From an uncultured Gammaproteobacteria bacterium (lineage in GTDB: Bacteria > Patescibacteriota > Microgenomatia > Daviesbacterales > UBA10151), in assembly GCA_964500725.1 (NCBI GenBank), contig CAZCNP010000001.1, forward strand, positions 138,950 to 202,949: DNA of 64,000 bases. The letters are read 5' to 3'. The translations under genes and the position numbers were made by a program. How positions within the stretch are numbered: position 1 is the stretch's first letter; every line of letters begins with the position of its first letter. Under the pieces are notes generated by a model, which saw only the letters and a program-made list of their open reading frames with translations, was not told the DNA's origin and did not search any database. Below are positions 30,884 through 40,489 of the stretch, piece after piece.

Positions 30884-31557
30884 AGACTCCTCCCATCAAT
30901 TACGATTCCTAAATTTCCTCCATATACTTCAACAGCATTCTCATTCTTGCCTAAAACATGCCCATTTTGCAGCTTATATGCTATTTCACACCTATTGGCA
31001 GAACATGGCACTACTATAATATTTCCTTTGGTAATGCGATAGTTTTTTCCCAATAGCTTTAAATCCATTACTCCATCATTATTATTAAATTGTGCCATCA
31101 TAATCGATCCTACGATTTCATCTGTATCGTTTATTAAGACAACTGTCCATAAATCTTCAAAGGTATCTTCTTTCCTTCTATCGAGTAAAAGCGCATCTAT
31201 GAAAACTTGGGTAAGTACTGCTAGGTTTGGAGTAAAGTTTAAAAACTTCGCTGGAATCAAAACTTTCCTTAATACTATATTTAAAAAAGGATTATCCCCA
31301 AGCAAAGAGTTTTCTGGAGAATTTTCTCCCAGCCCAGGTTTCGGACCGTTTATTTTTAGAGCCTCCCTAAGAATTGCTAAATCCATCTGCATATCAAATT
31401 CTGTCTGGGGGAGTGTCTGAGGATATAAAATTTTATTAGCTAAATAATTTTCAACTTGGGGTATAGCAGGTACTGGCTTAAGCCAAGAAGCAACAGCTTC
31501 AGGCAGGATTTGATCTAAATTATCAAAGCTGTCAAAAAGACTGGATAACTTGGGCAT
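30880..31557 (-). CDS. Conserved hypothetical protein
   Basis: 225-aa ORF ending GG.LGIVIDGR; coupled to the downstream gene. Confidence 0.6.
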   Translation of the reverse strand: MPKLSSLFDSFDNLDQILPEAVASWLKPVPAIPQVENYLANKILYPQTLPQTEFDMQMDLAILREALKINGPKPGLGENSPENSLLGDNPFLNIVLRKVLIPAKFLNFTPNLAVLTQVFIDALLLDRRKEDTFEDLWTVVLINDTDEIVGSIMMAQFNNNDGVMDLKLLGKNYRITKGNIIVVPCSANRCEIAYKLQNGHVLGKNENAVEVYGGNLGIVIDGRSL

Positions 31558-31577
31558 AAATCTAGTGTACCACTAGA

Positions 31578-31650
31578 TAGTTCATAGTTGGTAGTAATTA
31601 GTTGGTAGTAATTAGTTGGTAGTAAATTTAATACTCTGAACTATGAACTA
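31578..31650. repeat. Intergenic heptamer tandem repeat (TAGTTGG/TAGTAAT) with inverted copies
   Basis: Seven TAGT-initiated heptamers followed by TGAACTA x2. Confidence 0.8.
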
Positions 31651-31652
31651 AT

Positions 31653-31946
31653 TTACACCTTGGGGACAAAAGGAAGAAGAGCCAAGTGTCTGGCGTATTT
31701 GATATGTTTTGTTACTGCCCTTTGATGCCTGCTGCAAAGATTGCTTTTTAGCTTAGGCATAATTTTAGCTCTATCAGACAGAAAGCGTCGCAAGACCACT
31801 ACATCAGTATAGGATGGGCTAGTTTCACCCTGGCAAAAAACACAAGCCTTCCTAGACCTGCTTGTTGTAGGTTCTTCCACTTTTGTTACTTTTTCTTCTG
31901 TAACAGCTTTAGAAATTACTTTTCTAGTTATCTTTTTCTCAGCCAT
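31653..31946 (-). CDS. rpsR: 30S ribosomal protein S18
   Basis: CVFC, FLSDRAKI, HQR...IK.AR.LALLPF. Confidence 0.93.
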   Translation of the reverse strand: MAEKKITRKVISKAVTEEKVTKVEEPTTSRSRKACVFCQGETSPSYTDVVVLRRFLSDRAKIMPKLKSNLCSRHQRAVTKHIKYARHLALLPFVPKV

Positions 31947-31972
31947 AAGGAAGGATTATATCTTAAATTCAG

Positions 31973-32467
31973 TTAAAAAGGAAGATCATCTTTAACCTCT
32001 TCTTGAGGAGCTTTTTCTGGAGCTACTTCTTCAGCTTCTGCTTTTGTATCTTCTGCCTTTTTTTCTGCTGGCTTTGATTCCGCTTTTGCAGGCTCTGCAC
32101 TGATATCTTCAGGAGCTGGTTCCCCATTACCCTTTGGAGAAAGAATGATCATATCCTCTATAGTAATTTCTGCATCTCTTCTTTTTTGGCCATCTTGGCC
32201 TTCCCATTCACGATATTGCAAACGTCCAGAGATAAATACCTTCATCCCTTTTTTAAGGAATTGATTACAAATCTCTGCTAACTTATTCCAGGATACTAAT
32301 CTATGAAAATCAGTTTCTTCTTTTTTCTCACCATCAGAAGTAGTGTAATAACGATTTGTGGCAATGCCAAAAGTACAAACTGCGCTACCAGAAGGGGTAT
32401 ACCTAAGCTCTGGATCCCTTGTTAAATTACCTATCAACTCAATCCTATTCCATGATCTACTAGCCAT
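31973..32467 (-). CDS. ssb: Single-stranded DNA-binding protein
   Basis: LIGNLTRDPELRYT; C-terminal DDLPF. Confidence 0.96.
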   Translation of the reverse strand: MASRSWNRIELIGNLTRDPELRYTPSGSAVCTFGIATNRYYTTSDGEKKEETDFHRLVSWNKLAEICNQFLKKGMKVFISGRLQYREWEGQDGQKRRDAEITIEDMIILSPKGNGEPAPEDISAEPAKAESKPAEKKAEDTKAEAEEVAPEKAPQEEVKDDLPF

Positions 32468-32480
32468 ATTTACTCTTGTC

Positions 32481-32750
32481 CTATTTTCTGATCAACAAGT
32501 AACGAAGTATATCTTCTTCCAATCTCAAATTTTTGTCAAGAGCCTTGATAGTCTGAGGCTCAGCTTGTACCTCAAAGTGGGCATAGTAACCAGATGTCTG
32601 CCTCTTAATTGGGTAAGATAAAGGTTTTTGTCCCCAAAGATCCTCTTTCTCTACCTTATCAAAACTTTTTTTCATAGACTCTACAAGCTCCTTGCGAGCC
32701 TTTTCTTCTAAATCAGGTTTTAAAACCAAAGTTAAATAATAATTATTCAC
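32481..32750 (-). CDS. rpsF: 30S ribosomal protein S6
   Basis: WG.K.LSYPIK, GYY, ILRYL; rpsF-ssb-rpsR order. Confidence 0.93.
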   Translation of the reverse strand: MNNYYLTLVLKPDLEEKARKELVESMKKSFDKVEKEDLWGQKPLSYPIKRQTSGYYAHFEVQAEPQTIKALDKNLRLEEDILRYLLIRK

Positions 32751-32800
32751 AAAGGGAATTGTACAAGTAATAAGCTAAAAATACAACTCTCGGATATACT

Positions 32801-32843
32801 TGGCAATATTAGGCAATATCTGGTAATATTAGGTAATATCTGG
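32801..32843 (+). repeat. Four 10-bp direct repeats upstream of the Fic gene (possible operator)
   Basis: TGGCAATATT AGGCAATATC TGGTAATATT AGGTAATATC between TATACT and ATG. Confidence 0.7.
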
Positions 32844-32847
32844 AAAA

Positions 32848-33846
32848 ATGATGTTAATCCCTCCTAAATACATTTTAACTCCTAAAATTTCCCAATTATT
32901 ACAATCTATCGAAGGAAGCAAAGAGGTTATCGATTCAATCGCTATCCCAAAAGAGGTAGAACAAAATATTAGAAGACAATCTACTTTAAAAAGTTCTCTT
33001 TTTTCTGCCCGCATTGAGGGTAATACCTTAACACTGGATGAACTGCCCCACAGACCTTCCAAAGACCAAAAAAAACAAGAGGTTTTCAATATACTAAAAG
33101 CTTTAAACTGGATTTACCAAAGAAGGGCTAAGGATTTACAAGTTAAAGACATCCTAACTCTTCATTCGATGGTCATGGCAGGATTAATAGAAAAAAGTGA
33201 TTTAGCTCAATTCAGAACAGACCTGGGAGCAATCTTTAACTCTGCAGGGATTGCTGTCTATCTTCCACCGCGGCCTTCCCAAATCCTAAAACTCATAAAT
33301 CAATTAACCAATTTTTCCAATAGCTCAAAGGAGACTTTTGTGCCAATTAAAGCTTGCTTGTCTCATTATATATTTGAAAAAATACATCCATTCTTGGACG
33401 GCAATGGACGAGTTGGACGCTTGCTTTTACAACTTATTCTTGCCAAAGGGGGTTACGGAATGAAGGGTCTGCTTACTTTAGAAGAGTTCCTGGATAACCA
33501 CCGAAGCAACTATTACAAAACCTTGGAAGATTCACAAAAAGATGTATCAGATTATCTGGAATTTATGCTAGAGGCTATAGCAACATCTGCTCAGCAAATA
33601 AAACAGACAATTTTGCAGCAAGAAAAAGCAGAACCTGAAAGCTACCTTCTCCCCAGAAGAGCAGAGATTTTAAACATCATCCAAGATCATAAGCTTATTA
33701 ACTTTGATACTCTAAAAAGAAGATTTTTAGCTGTTAATGAAAGAACCTTAAGATACGACCTAAAAAAACTAGCCGACCAAGGCTTAATCAGAAAAAGAGG
33801 TACTACAAAAGGGGTCTACTATGAGGTTGAAGGTGAGAGTGATTAA
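32848..33846 (+). CDS. Fic family protein with C-terminal winged HTH
   Basis: S.RIEGN, HPFLDGNGRVGR, ERTLRYDLKKL. Confidence 0.9.
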   Translation: MMLIPPKYILTPKISQLLQSIEGSKEVIDSIAIPKEVEQNIRRQSTLKSSLFSARIEGNTLTLDELPHRPSKDQKKQEVFNILKALNWIYQRRAKDLQVKDILTLHSMVMAGLIEKSDLAQFRTDLGAIFNSAGIAVYLPPRPSQILKLINQLTNFSNSSKETFVPIKACLSHYIFEKIHPFLDGNGRVGRLLLQLILAKGGYGMKGLLTLEEFLDNHRSNYYKTLEDSQKDVSDYLEFMLEAIATSAQQIKQTILQQEKAEPESYLLPRRAEILNIIQDHKLINFDTLKRRFLAVNERTLRYDLKKLADQGLIRKRGTTKGVYYEVEGESD

Positions 33847-33952
33847 CACAAGCTGTGCCAGAAACAACTGAGCAGAAAAAATCAGTACCCATATCTTATT
33901 TAACCCGTATATTTGATTTCTACTTCTCTAACTGCTAAAATTAGGCACGTTT

Positions 33953-34318
33953 ATGGAAAGAGATCATAAAGCACCCCAGGAAACGTTAGCGGATCACCTT
34001 AGAGCATTATCCAAACCACGATTTCTCCGCAGGTCCCTGAGGATGCCATCAGAAACTTTGGCAGATGCAGCAAGAAGAAGGGCTAATGGAGGTGAAATAT
34101 CAGCTACCGCCACTTTATTACAACATGCTGTTGAGCTAAGCGATCCGCAAAAACTGGCAATTCTTATTCAAGCCTATGATAAACTAGCCGATCGATACCT
34201 GGAACAAGCTCTTCTATACGAAGAACAAGGCTTGCTATATGTTGCAAGAGGGTGGCAGTATGAGGCAATAAGAATCCGCAATCAACGAACACGATTAGGA
34301 GATCTCTCTATTGCTTAG
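33953..34318 (+). CDS. Hypothetical helical protein
   Basis: 121-aa ORF with no recognised motif. Confidence 0.5.
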   Translation: MERDHKAPQETLADHLRALSKPRFLRRSLRMPSETLADAARRRANGGEISATATLLQHAVELSDPQKLAILIQAYDKLADRYLEQALLYEEQGLLYVARGWQYEAIRIRNQRTRLGDLSIA

Positions 34319-34348
34319 GCACTCATCAAAAACCCGACTATATCTCCA

Positions 34349-36679
34349 TCAGTGACACAACTGAGTACCGGAATCAGTAAAGGTTTTTCCTGCCTCGGGG
34401 ATAAACTGCCAGTTGAAACTATCCGGATGAAGAGTAAGTTTAAGCACACCGAACGTATCATCATTTCCTATATCGCTATTTTGTATAAAGGCTCCTGGGA
34501 AAGGATAATGATTTTTCCCGCCAGTACCCACAACAAATTCACGAATGCCTTTAAGAGGATCATAACCTCCGCTTGGATTTTGAGGAGCAAACCGTTCGTA
34601 ATTATGGTCGTGACCATTTAAAACCACATCAACTCCATTATCATATAAGGCTTGCCAAATCGGCTGCATAGATGTATAACTGCCGTGTTGTCCGGAACTA
34701 AATCTGGGATGATGCCAATATGCAGCCTGGCAAAGACCAGGGTGAGCAGCCAGGTCAGCCCTGACCCAACTCTCTTGCGGCGAGCCCGCGCCACAACCCC
34801 CTACTTTGGAACAGTTACTATTGATAACCAAAATATGCCAAGATCCAAGGTTATAGCTATAATACCCTTTTGCAGGATCACCCGCAGCAGCGCCAAAATA
34901 ATTAAAATATCCTGAAGCGCCGGTGGTCAAATATTCATGATTGCCAACAGCCGGTTTAGTTTTATCTTTGAACTGACCCCATGATGGATTGTAACAATTT
35001 GCAAATTCAAGCGCAGTTCCGGAATCATATACACTATCACCTGCAGTAAATACTAAACCAGAAGCTCCTCCTGCAAAAATAGAATTTAAAAGTTTAGCTG
35101 TTTGCTCATCGCCGGAGCTAGAACAGGAAGCAATATCACCGGCTCCAACTAATATAGGATCAACCCCTCCCACAGGTGTTGAACTTGGGGCAGGCGTAAC
35201 AGTAGAAGTTGGTGTAGCAAGCACTACCCCATCATTATGCAAAGCATCAAGAAATGAACCATACGAAGCAGTGCTCCACTCACGAGCACTCTCTACTATT
35301 GATCCCTCTCCCCATTCATTAAAAGTTGTAATAAGTTGCCAGGGTGCATTAGAGGCTAACATATTTTGAATGTTTTGTGCCCATCGCGCCAAATCACGTG
35401 TAAGTCTTGCTGACTCACCAACTTTCCAAAAACCAGGGCTGATGGAAAAACTGTATCCTGTCTGGGAATCTTCAGCTACTGCCGGCCCATATTGATGCCA
35501 CCCATCAGGCTGGCTTGCACAAGTTTTATAACCGCTGAATACTTTTAAAACTATATGTGCATTTACTGTATTTGCCTGGGCCCAGCGGTCTGCCATTGCG
35601 CAATTATCAGCCGGGTCAGCATAGGCAAAAACTACAAACCGCCCCCCAATCTTAAGATAACTAGGATCACTGCTATAATGATCACGGATATAAATAAGAT
35701 CATTTTGTATTTGAGTTGCTGTGGGATTTCCCTGTCCTTCTGGCTCATAATAAATGCTCCATAAAAATCCTGTACCAGCACTTGCCTGTAGAATTGTAGG
35801 CATCCGGTTATCAGTATTTGTTCCCCGACCCCACCAAGATGCTATCCCAGCTTGAATCTTCCCATACTTCATAGCAGCGATTTGCTGTTTTAGTATAACC
35901 TGGTCACCTAGATCATAAAAACCTAAACTGGGATTAAAGTTGGTATAAGGATAAATTTCTTGTTGAGTCCAGGCTTGCGGAAACCAAGGATAATAGAATG
36001 CAGCCCTAATTGGGAATACTAACTCTCCTGCTGGAGCCAGTGTTACCGTTGGTGTTGGCGTCGGTGTAGGGGTCGGACCTGAGTAAGTTGGAACTGGTGT
36101 TGGAGTAGAAACAGTCGTTGAGTCAACGGAAGTTTCAATAACCAGTTGTGGAGTATTTATACCTGATTCACGGCTTGCTAAATTGATCTGGGTAGGCCCA
36201 TCAGTTGAAAGTCCTAAACTTAATAAACCATTACCTTCTACAAGTGGTGTTACATCAATACTGGTCCAAGCACCTTTAGCAAAAGCGCCTGATGCGCCCG
36301 TCATCACCCCAGATATCTTTGGAGCATTTGAGTAAGTGATAGTTGATTCTTTCCAGCTATTATCTGCAACTCCCCAAACTTTATAGCCAAAATATCCATT
36401 GCTTCCAGCATAAATTCTTAAAGTAGCGCGCAAGACAGTACCAGTCAGATTTTGAATGTTAAAACGTATGTAACTATGCAGAACCGGCGAACCATCAACT
36501 CTAATTGCTGTTCTATTACCGAAGTTATTGTTTGGATATGACTCATTTACATAAGCATCAGCAACTGAAGTAAACGTTGTTGTTTGAGCTGCAGCCATTG
36601 TCACAATTGGTTTACGCGGGATAATCAGTAAGAATAAACCTAAAAATACTAAAAGAAGATTTCTTTTTGAGTAAATCAT
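34349..36679 (-). CDS. Secreted multidomain protein: DNRLRE/CBM-like + GH99-like hydrolase + metallophosphoesterase
   Basis: ADAYV...SYIRF...ATLRIY; AFYYPWF, YYEPE, TFNEWGEG; GAGDIA, GNHEY, NGHDHNYERF. Confidence 0.75.
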   Translation of the reverse strand: MIYSKRNLLLVFLGLFLLIIPRKPIVTMAAAQTTTFTSVADAYVNESYPNNNFGNRTAIRVDGSPVLHSYIRFNIQNLTGTVLRATLRIYAGSNGYFGYKVWGVADNSWKESTITYSNAPKISGVMTGASGAFAKGAWTSIDVTPLVEGNGLLSLGLSTDGPTQINLASRESGINTPQLVIETSVDSTTVSTPTPVPTYSGPTPTPTPTPTVTLAPAGELVFPIRAAFYYPWFPQAWTQQEIYPYTNFNPSLGFYDLGDQVILKQQIAAMKYGKIQAGIASWWGRGTNTDNRMPTILQASAGTGFLWSIYYEPEGQGNPTATQIQNDLIYIRDHYSSDPSYLKIGGRFVVFAYADPADNCAMADRWAQANTVNAHIVLKVFSGYKTCASQPDGWHQYGPAVAEDSQTGYSFSISPGFWKVGESARLTRDLARWAQNIQNMLASNAPWQLITTFNEWGEGSIVESAREWSTASYGSFLDALHNDGVVLATPTSTVTPAPSSTPVGGVDPILVGAGDIASCSSSGDEQTAKLLNSIFAGGASGLVFTAGDSVYDSGTALEFANCYNPSWGQFKDKTKPAVGNHEYLTTGASGYFNYFGAAAGDPAKGYYSYNLGSWHILVINSNCSKVGGCGAGSPQESWVRADLAAHPGLCQAAYWHHPRFSSGQHGSYTSMQPIWQALYDNGVDVVLNGHDHNYERFAPQNPSGGYDPLKGIREFVVGTGGKNHYPFPGAFIQNSDIGNDDTFGVLKLTLHPDSFNWQFIPEAGKTFTDSGTQLCH

Positions 36680-36792
36680 CAGTTAAGTGAAAATTACTTA
36701 GCCTGGTCTAAAATTTTGGAACAGGCAGTTGTAGGAGTGGCAGTCTAACAAAACATTAACTAATATGTCAAGATGTCAAGCAGCTTAAACTT

Positions 36793-37890
36793 TCAATTTC
36801 CAATCAAAAATTCTACAACATCACCATCCTGCATAATATAATCTTTACCTTCAGTTCTAACCCAACCTTTTTGTTTAGCCATAGTATGTGATCCTGCTTC
36901 TATTAATTTTCCATACTCTATTACCTCAGCTCTAATAAACTTCTTTTCAAAATCAGTATGGATTACTCCAGCTGCTTGCGGGGCTTTAGCTCCTTTTTGA
37001 GTTGTCCAAGCCCTCACTTCTTTCTTGCCAGCAGTTAAGAAGGAAATTAAACCAAGTAATCCATAAGCTTTAGCAATCAATCTTTCCAGACCTGTTTGTT
37101 CAATGCCAGCATCTTTAAGATATTCCAACCTTTCATCTTCAGATAAATCAGCTAGCTCTTCTTCAAGTCTTGCACAAATCACCATTTTGTTCTGCTCTGC
37201 TTCTGAATTTAATCTTTGAGCATATTCTTCTTCTCCAACATTATATGTATACAAAACAGGTTTAATAGAAAGTAAGGGTAAAGTTTTAAACCATTTTTTT
37301 AGTCTTTCATCCCCCACTTCATATTTTCCTGGAACCCTACCAGCATCCAACTCTTCTTTAATTTTATTTAAAATTTCTAATTTTTCCTGCTCTAAAATAT
37401 CTTTGGAAGCTTTAACTAAATTTTGTTGAGCTGGAATTAACTTTTCTAAAGTCTGTATATCTGCCAAACCTAATTCTGTTTCAATAGTTAATCTATCAGA
37501 ATCAGGATTTTCTGAACCCTCCCTAACAATATTAGGATCAGCGAAGTCTCGCAGAACATGAACGATTGCATCAACTTCCCTAATATGAGAAAGAAACTGG
37601 TTACCCAGTCCTGCTCCAGTTGCAGCACCCTTTACTAGCCCTGCAATATCTACAAATTCCACTACAGCTGGCACTATCGGTGGAAATCCGCCCATTTTTT
37701 CCTCTTCTTTTACTATCTGTGCTAATCCTTCCAGACGATAGTCTGGCACAGCTACTACTCCCACATTTGATTCAACTGTAGCAAAAGGATAATTGGCACT
37801 CAAAGCCACCCTCTTTTTTAAGAGAGCATTAAAAAGAGTGCTTTTCCCCACATTTGGTAATCCAACTATTCCACATTTTAAAGATGACAT
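36793..37890 (-). CDS. ychF: Ribosome-binding ATPase YchF
   Basis: GIVGLPNVGKST, NYPFAT, DIAGLV, IHTDFE, GKDY...DGD. Confidence 0.95.
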   Translation of the reverse strand: MSSLKCGIVGLPNVGKSTLFNALLKKRVALSANYPFATVESNVGVVAVPDYRLEGLAQIVKEEEKMGGFPPIVPAVVEFVDIAGLVKGAATGAGLGNQFLSHIREVDAIVHVLRDFADPNIVREGSENPDSDRLTIETELGLADIQTLEKLIPAQQNLVKASKDILEQEKLEILNKIKEELDAGRVPGKYEVGDERLKKWFKTLPLLSIKPVLYTYNVGEEEYAQRLNSEAEQNKMVICARLEEELADLSEDERLEYLKDAGIEQTGLERLIAKAYGLLGLISFLTAGKKEVRAWTTQKGAKAPQAAGVIHTDFEKKFIRAEVIEYGKLIEAGSHTMAKQKGWVRTEGKDYIMQDGDVVEFLIGN

Positions 37891-37919
37891 GAAGAAATTA
37901 TATCAAAGAAGAAACAATT

Positions 37920-38993
37920 CTACTCGACTTTAAAGCTATCTAAAACCTGAATTACTGCTTCCTTATAATCCCTGCCTCCATCCAACAAGTAACCTGACTG
38001 CTCCAATAGCACTTTTCCATAAATATCCACCAACCCTCTTTCCATTACAGCCCACTGTTTACCATCAATAGTTTTCTCTCCCACCATCATCCAGCCTCCT
38101 TTTTTATCCTCTGTCTGAGACTTAAAATCACCCATTTTAAAACCAGATTCTGTCTGTTTAAACTCTTTCCTGGCACTTATTGCTTTTTCCATACTGGCTT
38201 TATCCTTTAAACTATCATCCTTCGTGGAAGCAATTAAAGCGTTTGCCAAATTCCCAGGAGCGGCAATCAACACTTCCCGTTTATCTGATCCGCTGTTATC
38301 TTTCACTACCCACCCTTTTGGATATTGCAGGCTGTATCCATATTGGTCATTTTTGTAAGTTTGCCAGGAGATTTTTGGAGTTTCAAATTTTAATGACTGG
38401 AGGATATTGGTCATACCAGAAAGGTATTTATCAAAAGATTTTGTCTCTGCAATATAGTGGACAATATAAGCCTTATGACCAAACAGAATAATTACCACTC
38501 GTCCCTTCAATGAAGTATTATCTTGTGAAGCAGTATAAGTAACCTGTTCCCCATCCTGGCCTCCGTAAGTAACTACTATCCTTTCAATTACTTTAAAGTC
38601 AGACGCGTCTTTTGTACTGTTGCTTATCCAAAGCTCCATTATCTCGCGCCTTGTGGTATCCGGCTTTGATGATAAATCAACTACATCCAGTGTTATATTC
38701 TCTATAAATTTGTCTGCAGAATTTTCTTTAGGAGCTAAAAACGAAGTTAAAGTATTGCCTGAACCATCTTTTCTGGTCCATTCGCTGCCGGGCAAATTTG
38801 CGCTTATCCCTTCCTCTTTATTTTTATAATCTGTTTGTGAATACCCAGAAGGCGCAGGCTTCGGCTTTGCGCTTTTATTTAACCCTACATTAATTACTCC
38901 TGTTGAAACCGCTACCCCACCCAAAACAAGCGCTGCAACAATAATTATGATGGGTATCGGGAAAAAACCTTTTTGTTCTGATAGTCTGGGCAT
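37920..38993 (-). CDS. Pilin-leader exported protein with tandem PsbP-like domains
   Basis: EQKGF followed by a hydrophobic helix; WQTYKNDQYGYSLQYPKGW; two repeats ending S(L/F)K. Confidence 0.65.
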   Translation of the reverse strand: MPRLSEQKGFFPIPIIIIVAALVLGGVAVSTGVINVGLNKSAKPKPAPSGYSQTDYKNKEEGISANLPGSEWTRKDGSGNTLTSFLAPKENSADKFIENITLDVVDLSSKPDTTRREIMELWISNSTKDASDFKVIERIVVTYGGQDGEQVTYTASQDNTSLKGRVVIILFGHKAYIVHYIAETKSFDKYLSGMTNILQSLKFETPKISWQTYKNDQYGYSLQYPKGWVVKDNSGSDKREVLIAAPGNLANALIASTKDDSLKDKASMEKAISARKEFKQTESGFKMGDFKSQTEDKKGGWMMVGEKTIDGKQWAVMERGLVDIYGKVLLEQSGYLLDGGRDYKEAVIQVLDSFKVE

Positions 38994-39060
38994 TAATTTA
39001 ACTGTAATAAATAAAATTTGACAAGTCAAGTCTTATATGTCTATGCTTTAATTTAAGGAG

Positions 39061-39330
39061 GTGATTTTTATGCTAAAAACCATAGGTATTTGGTTTCTAA
39101 ATTTCCTAATTGGGATAGTGGGAACAGCAATTTTGGTTACAAAATTGACCGACCGAGGTGAGGGTATTGCCGCAACAGGCAGCTCTGCTTCAGTCAAAGT
39201 CAATATGGATTTGGCAGGCATTATTATTTGGGTTGTAATCGTGACAATTTACTTTGTCGCAGCAAAAAAACTTTGGGGTAAAACAGTCGGCTCACTAATA
39301 ATTGATACGCTGATGGGTAAAAAGAAGTAA
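39061..39330 (+). CDS. Small membrane protein (RDD-like)
   Basis: Two TM helices, WGKTVG motif. Confidence 0.5.
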   Translation: MIFMLKTIGIWFLNFLIGIVGTAILVTKLTDRGEGIAATGSSASVKVNMDLAGIIIWVVIVTIYFVAAKKLWGKTVGSLIIDTLMGKKK

Positions 39331-39809
39331 TGTTTACCTATATCATTATTCTGGCTGCTGTACTAGTTATCTCCCCTTTTGTTTTGAAGCTTGCTTCAAA
39401 CCAAGGAAAGGAAACCAAACAACAGCTAAAATTTATTTTATTATCTATTCTTTCTGCTCAAATTCTTTTGGGTTTTTTGAATTGGGAAAATTTCAACTCT
39501 GGCAGAAGCGGCTTTGAGCTTGCATTTACCTATTTAAATTCATTTCTGGGCTTTTTCTTCATTATTTCTACAATCCAAACTATCTTCTTAATAATTAGCA
39601 AATCTTTTAATACTCTGGTTGTGATTTTAAATTTTGCCAACACTGTTTTACTCTTTACCGGAATGATCAGGTTAAGTAATATCTTAGGTTTTCAGGCTGC
39701 GAGCTTTGCAGCAGTAGGAGCAGTTTTTTTAGTACTCATTGGTAATATTATTGCTCTTGCCTTTGTCAACAAAGACAAAAATATCTTGAAAAAATATCTT
39801 GGGACTTGA
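39330..39809 (+). CDS. Membrane protein
   Basis: About 5 TM helices; coupled to the upstream gene. Confidence 0.6.
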   Translation: MFTYIIILAAVLVISPFVLKLASNQGKETKQQLKFILLSILSAQILLGFLNWENFNSGRSGFELAFTYLNSFLGFFFIISTIQTIFLIISKSFNTLVVILNFANTVLLFTGMIRLSNILGFQAASFAAVGAVFLVLIGNIIALAFVNKDKNILKKYLGT

Positions 39810-39841
39810 CAAATATTTTTTCACATATAATGATAAATTTA

Positions 39842-40489
39842 ATGAGTAAAATTGCCCAAAAGGGAATTGTTGACCCAAAGATAATTATTGGTGGTATTAT
39901 AGTTTTAGTAGTTATATTCTTTTTAGCCACTGGTAATTTTAAATTCTCAGCCTCTCGCAGCAATCAGGCATCTCCTCAAAAAGCAGAACAAAAAGATGAA
40001 CAATCAGAGCAAGCCCAAACGGCATCAGTGCCTAAAAGCTATCAAAGCAGTCAGTATAAATTCAGCCTTCAATATCCGGAAAACTGGAGTGTTAAGGAAG
40101 CACAAGGACAATATGTTGCAGCTTTTTTCTCTCCAGAAGAATCATCATCTGATAAATACCGCGAATTTTTAGGCGTTAAAGCTATTAGCACCTCGGCTAA
40201 ACCTAATATTACTCTGCAAGAAGCAACTGATCTATGGGAAGAACAAACCAAAAAAGAATCAACAGCTAATAATTTTAAAATAATTGATAGAAAATCATCA
40301 ACAGTCTCAGCTATAGAGGCCAAGGATCTAGTCTACACTGTTGATATTGAAGGAATCCCTGCAAAAGGATTTGTTAGAATAGTATTAACAGATAGCAATA
40401 TTTATATCTTTCAATATTTCGCAGAAACTGATAAATACGAAAAATATCTATCAGATATTGAAGGCATAATCTCTTCAGTCACCCTTTGA
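39842..40489 (+). CDS. Pilin-leader exported PsbP-like protein
   Basis: AQKGI followed by a hydrophobic helix; YKFSLQYPENW; paralog of the 37920 gene. Confidence 0.65.
   Translation: MSKIAQKGIVDPKIIIGGIIVLVVIFFLATGNFKFSASRSNQASPQKAEQKDEQSEQAQTASVPKSYQSSQYKFSLQYPENWSVKEAQGQYVAAFFSPEESSSDKYREFLGVKAISTSAKPNITLQEATDLWEEQTKKESTANNFKIIDRKSSTVSAIEAKDLVYTVDIEGIPAKGFVRIVLTDSNIYIFQYFAETDKYEKYLSDIEGIISSVTL

Noticed and set aside
31578-32843. CRISPR array
   Set aside because: The repeats are 7-14 bp tandem units without unique spacers, and there are no cas genes
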